Source of the DNA: Laetmonice hystrix
Lineage: Eukaryota
NCBI GenBank assembly: GCA_965235115.1
Contig: OZ249436.1
Location: 27,282,001 to 27,346,000, forward strand
Direction of reading: 5' to 3'
DNA length: 64,000 nucleotides
Part shown: piece after piece, positions 1-10,400 of the stretch
Numbering within the stretch: the first letter of the stretch is position 1
Layout: every line of letters starts with the position of its first letter
Notes under the pieces: generated by a model
The model's input: only the letters and a program-made list of their open reading frames with translations
What the model was told of the DNA's origin: nothing
Database searches by the model: none
Translations under genes and position numbers: made by a program

Positions 1-86
1 ATTTATTATGCAACGCAACATCCCGTTAACTGACCGTTAGTGGAGGATTTAACGGGCGGGGATTTTTTTATGCAACGCACCCGCTG
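1..86. mobile_element. Right end of a MITE (same family as 8263-8471), cut by the window edge
   Basis: Near-identical to ~8387-8471 (atttattatgcaac...gggattttttatgcaacgcaccc). Confidence 0.7.
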
Positions 87-515
87 ATGCAGTGCCAGTG
101 GCAGTGACCGGCCGCGCGAGTCGGTAACACTCGCAGAAGGTGTCAAATATTAGCTAGGCCTATTGGCGGCTACAATCTTTGTCAAATGTCTACCAGTCCA
201 ACAAACCTTTCCTTCCAGTATTGTCGGCTCTTGTGCGCACCATGACTGTATAATGTAGGCCTTGTTGCTTGTGAAGTTGTGTTTACCAAACGGCAAGGAC
301 TTTACTTGAGTTGGCGCCAAGCTCCGTGTTTCGCGCCCTTGAAAAGCGGAAGTAGCATGATACCTGGGAAACCAGGGAAGACTAATTAAGCTACCAGACA
401 AGTGTTTTTTAATTAAATCGAATTTGAGAAACCAGTTTTATCACTTAGGCCTAGATGATTTATCTTAACGAAGGTGTAGATCTATGTCAGAGTTCAGCAG
501 CTGTTATGCCATTAC

Positions 516-1327
516 CAGTCTCGGTCACCCGACTCTCTCTCGCTGTACGTGAGTCTGGGAAAGTTTGTGTCTGGCGTTTGTTCGTCACAAGGTGGCGCAG
601 TAGTCACGCCCCGTGCTCCATGTCGTAAGCGATCTCAGAGCGGTGTTTGTTTTGGTCAGTTTGCCTGAATAAGATTGTTCTAGTATTATAACTAAGAATA
701 AACAGTGTCGATCGTGAGATGTCAATATGTTATTTAATGCCCAGCGTCAGTCATTGAAACATATATGAAGGAAGGGCTCAGCCTGACTGCGGTTAGTTAG
801 AATGTTCTAACCCTCGCCGGCAGACCAGGCACCCGGGCGCGAGTCGCTGTCAGTGTCGGACAGCCGACAATCAACTCGTAATGTTTCATATACGAGTTCA
901 CTGCGCTAGGAATCGTTATCAAACGTACCACCCACAAACTAAGGCTTAGGATATATGTTAGGAGCATAGATCTATATTTTTAAAACCTCAGACCGGTTTA
1001 AAATTGTTAAAAAAAACGAGTGAATGGCTAGATTCTGTGGGACGCGTGAACACGCTGGCAGGCCCGACGACAGGATCACCTGCTCACGCCCCGTCCGGCT
1101 TGATATTCCCACGCTCGGTCGCTGCATGCGACCCGCCCCCCCCCCCCCCCCCCCAGATGCTCCGGCTCTTGATAGATTTTCGATATGGACCAATCAGCTG
1201 CGAGCAAACCGGAAACTGGAACCGAGTAAACGGGCCGCTTACGGGCTCGACGAAACGAACAACTCTCACATAGGAACTTTTCCAGACCCTCTGCTCGGGC
1301 CGCTGAGGGTCTGGATGATCGAGACTG
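516..1327. mobile_element. Non-autonomous TIR element with 9-bp TSD (Mutator/MULE-like)
   Basis: TIRs CAGTCTCGGTCACCCGAC and GTCTGGATGATCGAGACTG; direct repeat TGCCATTAC at 507-515 and 1328-1336; subterminal hairpin tccagaccctc...gagggtctgga; no transposase ORF. Confidence 0.8.
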
Positions 1328-1335
1328 TGCCATTA

Positions 1336-1385
1336 CCGGAAGTTTGCGACGGAAGTGTCGGCGTGGGAAATTTCAAAATGGCTGC
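1336..1385 (+). promoter_or_regulatory. TRIP4 core promoter / start region: two ETS-type motifs and a YY1-type motif over the ATG
   Basis: CCGGAAGT 1336-1343, CGGAAGT 1350-1356, and AAAATGGCTGC spanning ATG 1378; a typical metazoan housekeeping promoter arrangement. Motif match only. Confidence 0.55.
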
Positions 1386-1457
1386 GCCCATGGAGCAGTG
1401 GATCTGTCACGAGTTTTCAAAATTATTGGCAATTGACGCAAATGAAGATTTTGCCAG
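1378..1457 (+). CDS. TRIP4: TRIP4 coding exon 1 (MAAPMEQWICHEFSKLLAIDANEDFA-R)
   Basis: ATG in aaaATGg context; donor AG|GTGAGT; phase 2 matches exon 2. Confidence 0.85.
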
Positions 1458-4400
1458 GTGAGTCTGAATGTAATTTCAGATTAAGCTTCTTCTTACCGAT
1501 ACTGTGAAACCATGTGACTTTGTGACACTGACTGAGGCGGTACCCAGGGCCAGGGGCGACCGCAGTTGAGTCTTGACACGACTTGAGTTGAGAAGTAGGC
1601 CTAGTATTGAGTATTGTATTGGCATTGCTCAACTTTCAAGTTCAATGTTGACCACAGTTGACTTGTTGTTGAGTGAGACTGACTCAGTCTGAGAGAAGCC
1701 GGGCCGTTCCACACCGTCATTTTTTCTTAAAAGCTTTTGTTTGCAATTACAGCCTTCAAACGGTATTTTGGCTGAATTCCGAGTAAGGGGATATAATTAG
1801 AGGAGCATATTAAAAAAATGAAACTTAATTACAGTGTTTCAGCAGGCAGTTCCGAGAATTCCGTAGTTGCGAGAAATGTGACATTCGCTCAGGCGTGGTT
1901 TTGAAGTCAGGGTTTTCTGGATCCGGTAAAAAAATCGCGATAGTTTGGCCATCCGTGTTCACGTGACACTGCGGGTTACATCCGGTTGCGGACAGCACAC
2001 ATTGACGCGCGCTGATGCAAAGCGGGAGCTTCGAACATTGGAGCGCCGTTTCTCCAGAACTAAACTGATCTCAACCTTCTTTTTTGCAATACCACTACAA
2101 TAAACTGGCAAAGTTTTATGATATTTACACGAAGTGCCAGAATATTAGCAGCATAAATGCTCGTGTGGCAAGGTAGTTACGATAAGTCATGACTCATAGT
2201 CTGTCACTCTGTGCATGTAGAGATTGTAGTGTGTGTGGTGCCTTGCCTGGGCTGGGGTGCCGTGCTCTTGACAAGGGTTTGTTAAAGAAAAACTCAATAA
2301 TTTAGTGATTTATTAGGCCATAACAACATCTTGAAACATGCCCTCATCACCCCTCTTTTTTCGCTAGATGGCGTGTAGATCTGTAGATCTACAGGCCATC
2401 TAGTGACATGCAAAGTAACATGCAAAGATGGATGCCCACATCCACAACACTTGTAGTACTCCTTCTCTTCTGTCTGAGTCTGAAAAATCAAAAGTTTGAC
2501 AAAGAAAAACTCATTTACCATAATGTAGTGGTTTATCAGGCCCATAATATGGCACGATAACATCTTGAAATGGGCCCTCATCGCCCCCTGTTTTCACTAG
2601 ATGGCGTTTCTCGCAACTACCGGAAGTTTATCGGAACTGGCCAAAATCTGACCAGTAAACTTTGGCACGTCACAAACAAATGAATTTACATCGAGTTCTA
2701 AGCTTTATATGGATAAAACACGGATGATTGCTCAACAGATCGGCCATCGTTTTACATATCCAGGATATGCCAGAAGATTGTCAGGAGCGGATATCAAAAG
2801 CGCTTCTCAGAACTGCCTAAAAGCCTATATAGTTTTTTTATGTATAATAATACAAATAATTAATGTGTTACTAAAATATCTGTAGGTTTGTACATGCCTA
2901 ATAATAACTAAAATAAAGTACATACGTTCAGCCAGTATACAGGTTTTATGTATTTAAGTGAATAGCAAAATACTCCATTTTTCATTTCATTGGGTAGGAA
3001 TAATTTTGGGCATAACTAGCTGCGTAAGCAACCTGAATCTGACATAATAGAAGTGACATTTGGAATCTTTTATGTTGCCACATTGTAATTTTAAAATCTG
3101 AAATAAATTTTGAAGAAGGATTTTTTTTTTTTTTTTGATGGCCCTCAGGGGTTGAATTACACGACGGCAACCACGGCAAATGCCGTGACTTCTTTAGCCT
3201 TTGCCGTGATGCCCCTTTAATTGTACCTCTAACGGCGGCAATAAAATGCCGTGCCCTTTTCACCTCTTGCCTTGGTGCCCTTCTTTGCCTAGCATTTAGA
3301 GGTCTAAGGGGGGTTCTGGGGGTCCTTTCAAGAATATTTTTAAATTTAGAAGGCCAAGAAACGCAATTTCCCAGTCTCTGGAGATAGAAATTGTGAAGTT
3401 TCTCAAAACACTTTGGCCTAGCCTATATAGCAATAACATGCGCAGGGGGGACCTCCCCAGAAATTTTTTGAATTTAGAAGGCAAAAACGCTATTTCTTGA
3501 CCAAAAAGGGGATCCAGACCCCCTGGATCCATCCTTGAGGGGGGACCATGGGGAGGGGAGGTGGTTGGTCTAAAGGTGCTCACCCTGCAGACGCGAGCTG
3601 GGCCCACGATCCCCCCATCTGATTACTGTCGGGGGGGGGGGGGGCGAATCCCCCTGTCAGGGGGGACCATGGGTCCAGGGGGGTGGTTCGTTCGAACACC
3701 CCGAACACCCCCTGGCTACGGGCCTGCAGGTAACCTACTGAGGTAGTACTGTAGGCCTTATCCTACTTAAAATTAGGCCTATTAATCTAATCTGGCTGGC
3801 TACTGGATAGGCCTTAGGCCCTGGCCTAGGACTAGGTCTAGCCTAGTAGGTCTATTAGGCTAGATATAGGCAAGATTAATAATGTGTGATTTGCCTTGGT
3901 GCCCCTTCAAAAGTTTAAAATTGCCTTGGTGCCCCTCAACAGTCCTTGGAATTGCCGCGGTGCCCTTACAAATCACAGGATGTCCAAGGCAACTATTGCC
4001 GTGCCCCCTGACCGACGTAATTCGACCCCTGGGCCCTAACTGTCCTATTAATAGGTTCTTGGCGAGGGACTCTATCATAAGGCCCTGCTCAGAGACAAGG
4101 ACTCTTTCATAAACTATGTCAATGTCATTGATAGTGATTTTACAATCAACTGAAACTGTAATGTATGACTGACTGATAAGCTGTAACTGAGTAACTACCG
4201 GTACTGTAAATTCTCTATGTGAAGCCAGACACAAAATTGTTCAAGGTCTCGTATTTACCTAATCAATATGAGGAGGTTTACAGAGCTATTATAGCTGAAT
4301 GGATCCCTGTTTGAAGCTGCGCCCTACCCTCCTTATAATTAAAATATATTTTCCAGCCCTAGTGATTATATAAGGTGAGCCGCCTGTGTACTTTGTATGT

Positions 4401-7400
4401 GTGGAGAACACTGAAGTTTCCAGATGGCTTTTTGGAGCAGGTGCAGAGTAATTAGGAATTGTGTATTCGCCCAGAATTCTATGAGAAATGGGTCTGACTT
4501 ATTAGCCATGAGTTTTCATTTTACATGCCATGTCCACCAAAATTGGGGTGGGTCTGAACTTCTAGAATTTTGTGAGAAACAATGATTGAGCAATATCCAA
4601 ATGTTTATATGTTGGCTGTGAACTTAATATTGTTCAGCTACCAAAGCTTTGTAATTTTGCAGGTACATACTTGCAATTGATGACCGTGAAGAACTTGAAG
4701 AGTATTTGAGTGGTTTGCTGGATGAAACAAATCCAAGGCATAAAAGATTCATTAAAGAACTCCTTGGGAAATGGCGGCCTCCTGCAAGGCAGATAGATGC
4801 ACCAGTTAATCTACAGGTATCAGTATGCTTTAATGTATATGATAATATTTCATGGATAAAAGGACCAGCTGGCTTCCAGACTTTTTACTTGGGAGCTGGA
4901 GACACTTTTTAGGGGCAAAATGATACCACCTTTAAAAACACTGAAAATGCTTATTCACCAAGTCGGGACCCGCTTCTTCAAAATCGTTACCTTCTGCAAA
5001 ATTTGGTGTCATTTAGCAATCCGCAGGTTGCAACTTTGAGCCTGGGATAATCATAGTCATTATTTTTGGGTTATCTATTAGGAAACCCACAGGGTCAAAC
5101 ATTATACCTACTTGAAAGTCCTTGTTCCTGGCATGAAATTTACACTGTTGACTTCTGACAGAGTTCCCACGGTTATGAAAAGTCATGGAAAATGAAATTT
5201 GGTTTTCTAGGCCTGGAAAAGTCATAGAAAATAGAAAAACGAGGGAGCGTCATGGAAAAGTCATGGAATTTGAGATTTCTTCTGAATCACATTGCAGTTT
5301 CTGCACATTGGGTCTGAATTGTAAAGTTTCAGGACATACTCTATAAGGGACAATTCTGGGATTTCAGTCTATTTTGTTAATTTCATCTGGAATTGGTCAT
5401 GAAATTTGGGAGTTTTGGTCTGGAAAAGTCATGGAGAAGTCATAAAATTTCAAGAAATTGCAATTAATGATTTTGAAAGACTTGCCAAAAGTAAACACGA
5501 TCTGCAACCTGTTAATGTCCAGTGAGAAAATCATTGGTATGTGGCGTTAGGCAGATCTTGATGTTTTGCAATTCCCCAGGAAGTGATCTCAACACAAATA
5601 TATTCATGCTGGCCTGTGTCTGTCAAGAGAGTTTATATTAAGATTCACACAGGGTCTTTGGATGCAAGCATCTTCTGTGCCTGCACGCATTGAATTTGTG
5701 GATTTTGAGCCATGTTAAAAATTTCAGGCCTTAGAAACCTGTCACCAGAGTCATAGTCATGGTTCAGGGTTAAAGTACACCTTATGATCTTCAGCTATAA
5801 ATTTCTATGAGATCTTTTTATGAAACTGTGTTGTCAATTTTGTACTTGAATTTTTGACTAAATACTCAAATGAATTTGGTATTATTAAGCAAATATCTAC
5901 TGTTAGGCTTACAGGAAACAGGATGAAGATCTGGAATATGTCAGTAGCTCTAGCAAGAGCAAGAAGAAGGGAAAAAAGGGAGCCAACAACAATCAAGGAT
6001 TGCCATCTCCTGCCCAGCTGACGTCATCAGTAGACGTTCCAGAAACAGTGGCAGATTCAAACCGGGTTACTGAGGAGAACATCTCGGTATGTCATCTATA
6101 AGTCAGCCAGGCTTCTTAGTTACAAAACAAGATTGTGTTAAACCACCTACTCTATTTCACCCAATAAGCATACAGCATGTATCGGGTGTCCCAGAAAAAG
6201 TGAACCGCTTTTTGACAAGTATTTTCTCAGTGATAGGTAAACCGAATTCATTAAAAATTTTCACACAGTAACCTTAGGGTATCATCAACAAGTCTGCAAA
6301 ATATCTAAAAGATCTGACATAACTTATGCGAGTATTGTCAAATTCAAAACAGCATGTCAAAAAATCCAATATCAAAGGAAAACCCTTATTTCAGTTTATG
6401 CTCAATGTGGCCTCCATCTTCCTTCACAATTAAAGAAAGCCGTTTCTTGCAAACAGATAAACCGATTTCATTGAAATTTTTCACACAATAACTTTAGGGT
6501 ATCATCAACAAGTCTGCAAAATATCTAAAAGATCGGCCGGAAATTATGCGAGTATTGTCAAATTCAAAACAACATGTCAAAAAATCCGATATCAAAACTG
6601 TGCAATCTGACCATCACCATCATGTTCAGGAATTATGCTATATGGAACTCTCTGAAGGAGAAAGTTTACCGGGCACTGAGAGACAAATTGACCCCGGCAG
6701 CGTTAAAGGGAAATGTGAGTGTTCAAAGCGCCACCTAGCGAGTCGCGTTGGTACCACTGGGGAAATGTGAGTATTCAAAGCGCCGCGTACTGAGCTTTAA
6801 CAGAAAAATGCTTGGCTTATTTATGCAGTCAACTACTTTGATGTGGAAATCAGTAGTATTTTTTAAACCATGAACCAAACTGTGTGCCAGAACCTGTCTA
6901 CTCCATTGAATGCAAGGCACTGACTGTTTGGCAGGCTGTAACTTTTTTTTTGATTCGGCGACCCCCAATTTTTTTTGTTCTAAACTATTAGTCCTGATCC
7001 ACTTTATCTTGTCACCGAGTTTCAGGAAAAGATTGGTGGTCATTTTTTAACTATTAGTCAAAATGTCTGAAAAATCCTGTTTTTCCCATTGAAACCTATA
7101 GTAAAGACCCCTTTTTTACGGAGGCCTGTATAAAAAAATCTAATTCGGTGACATATGATTTTTTTTTGCTTCTTTGTACTCCTAAGGACAAAGGCTATCC
7201 CCCATAAAAATATTTTGAAAATTCTAGTGGTCAATCAAATTCCGTCGAACACTCACATTTCCCTTTAAAGGACAGGATAATTATGTCATAGGAGAAGATA
7301 TCGGTGGAAGAAATACGTAAAAGCATTCCTGTTTGGAAGGAACGGCTTCCTTTAGTCGTGAAGGAAGATGGAGGCCACATTGAGCATAAACTGAAATAAG

Positions 7401-10400
7401 GGTTTTCCTTTGATATTGGATTTTTTGACATGCTGTTTTGAATTTGACAATACTCGCATAAGTTCTGTGAGATCTTTTAGATATTTTGCAGACTTGTTGA
7501 TGATACCCTAAGGTTATTGTGTGAAAATTTTCAATGAATTCGGTTTATCTATCACTGAGAAAATACTTGTCAAAAAGCGGTTCACTTTTTCTGGGACACC
7601 CGATATAAGGAATGCCTGTTTGTGACAAGAAATGTATTACTACCAATCGTCCATATGAGTGTTCACCCTGTATGAAATGGAAATGTTCACAGCCCAAAGA
7701 TGGCCACGAGATAAACAGTCATTCACTTCAATACCGGTATTTTGTTCAGTATAATATTTATCATCTTTGAGATTCCAACTGGCTTTGAGATTGGACTGAA
7801 GGAAAGGGCAGCTCACCTGTGTTAGTAAACTCCTTAGTTGAAAAGAAACTGGCGAATTGGTGTTTGATTTACACAGACATTCAAAACACTAATACTTTCA
7901 ACGGTAACTAAGTATAAATAGTCCCTCACGTATTGTTTACTGTAGATCTCATCAAGTGTGCCCGTGGTGTGCTTACCTTTCACAGCTTTCAGGACAGAGT
8001 AGTATGAAGGGGAAAAACAAATTCGTTCCACTCTTTGGTGCCTCAGGGAAATTGGCAGTTGGAGCCAAACTGCCAGGTTTGTATTCCTTGAAATAGATAT
8101 TTTTAGTTTCATGTCTCGTCAATAAAGGCTTGCATGGTTTACATGGGAAATACAGTGTAAGAATCCACTCCATAGCTGAATTTAACACCTGTTAGTAGAG
8201 CAATAACAACACGTAACTTGTTAACCACATGTAGCCCAATCTTGACTGACTCTGGACCGCACCAGGGGCCGCACCCATTGCATAAAAAAATCCCCGCCCG
8301 CTCCGATAAAATGCTCCGTTAAAATAGCGGGGACCTTTTAGGTGCCCGTTAAAAAACAACAGTTAAAGGGAACTGTAGCGGGTGGGAATTTATTATGCAA
8401 CTCAACATCCCGATAACTGACCGTTAGCGGCGGATTTAACGGGTGGGGATTTTTTATGCAACGCACCCCTGTCCATTTTGATAAATTCATGAAATTTTTT
8501 AACCAAAGGTGCTCTTTCCCATAGGAAGACATGCATGTGATTGCCAAGCTACCAAACACAAGCTGGTCAACAACTGCACCAAGTGTGGCCGCGTGGTGTG
8601 TGACCAGGAGGGTTCAGGACCCTGCCTTTTCTGTGGGTCTCTCGTAAGTACAGCTCACACGGCTGACTGATTCACGGCAACCTTAGCAGTCTTATGGTTT
8701 AATGGAAAACGCTTATTATTATTGCAAAAGACAAAATATTTAAATCAAATTTATGTTTTACTTAAAGATTTATGATGTCAAGAAATCTTCTTTCCACAAA
8801 TATGTAACAAATGTATTGGATTGAATAATTATATAATTTACTTGACAGCTTAAAGGGAAATTCTACCACCCTTTCTGTCCCTTCTATAGGTATGCACAAT
8901 GGAAGAACTAGATGTTCTCAATCGTGGTTCCAAAAAGAGTGAGCGACTCAGAGAGTCGCTGAAGTCGCGTGGCCATGGAGGCATACTTCAGGGAATTGAG
9001 CCGTCTCTATCACACCGGACTGTCAAGATACAGGAGGGTCTTGATAAGGCTGTGGAACATAAAAATAGATTGATACATTATGACAAAACCAGGTAGGTTA
9101 AGCGTATTTTCTTGAAAGCAGCTTTCCCTAACTATCTGTAAAAGAGTAATAGGGTCGAGAAAAATTACCTGGATGAGAAGACCTAATTGCTACATTGTAC
9201 AAGGTGTTTGCCATAGGTTCACACACTGCACAAGGTCATACTGAAGGAATAGGTGGTTGATTTTTTCCTCATACTTAGCAGTTATTTATTTGCTTGTTAT
9301 TTAAAAAAATACTGTAGTTTCTTGAAATTTGTTTTGTCAACCAGCAATAGAATTGATATGAGTATAGGGCATGGCCAATACTTAAAAATTTTTTTTTTCA
9401 GTGTGAAACGGACTCAGGTAATAGATGATGAATCGGACTACTTCTCCTCCGAGAATCGGTGGTTGAGTAAAAGTGACAAGGAGGCATTACAGAAACGCGA
9501 GGAGGAGTTGCGCCAGAAGCGACATGGCTCGAGACTGGATAGGAAGGTTACGTTAGATTTTGCTGGGAGACAGGTGCTTGATGCCGAAGAGGCAGTGGAC
9601 ATGTATGACATGAACGATTCCGTCGTCCAGGCTGTTCACTATGGGAAAAAGGCAGGAAACCCCACCACTAATGGACCACTCTTTACAGATGCAGACTTTG
9701 CGGAACTTGTTAACCCGAACATAGTTCAGGAAGCACCAAAGGTTGGTGGAAAGGACAGATCAAGTTGAAATACGAAATGGAAATATTTTAGTATAATGGA
9801 AAAACGGATGGTAGTGTAAAAACCTAAATTGTTGAAACAAAGAATTGATTTTTTTTGTTCAATATCGCTTTTGAGACTCAGTAATGTTGCAACTTGTAGG
9901 TAAAAGATTCTTTAGTCTTTATAAAGGGGAAGGGTATAGTGTTTGAATAGCCTAGTGGGCATGGATGTCGACACCTTATGCTATGCGACTGGGTGCAGTA
10001 ATCTTAGGGCCTGGGTTCGATTCCTGTAGAGGACTATACAACTTTTCTCTTTAGGGACATTGTCAAAGTAATTGGGTTACCCCTGATGCCCGTGCATTTC
10101 AAAAGAAAAATACAGAAGTGGCCACTTTATAGGTGTTTTTTGTTTTGCGCGTGTTTGGATCAGTTTGTTTCCTTGGTTGATGGTCCTCCACGAAGTGGCC
10201 CAGTTCCTGTGTCAGGGAGTAACACAATGAATGAGGGGAGAAAGGCGCTCCGTATCCAGGATCGCGAGCTCAAGGAAATGTCTGACCAGGGCATGTGTCT
10301 CAGCATGCACCAGCCCTGGGCATATCTCCTGGTCAAGGGACTCAAAAGGTGAGTTAACATTCTTGTCTGGCACCCCAGAAGTTCAGATAGCTCTGGTGGT

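Noticed and set aside
1024..1377. N-terminal extension of TRIP4 suggested by the 145-aa ORF 1024-1461
   Set aside because: The extension lies mostly inside the MULE-like element, including a poly-C run; similarity to TRIP4 begins at ATG 1378.
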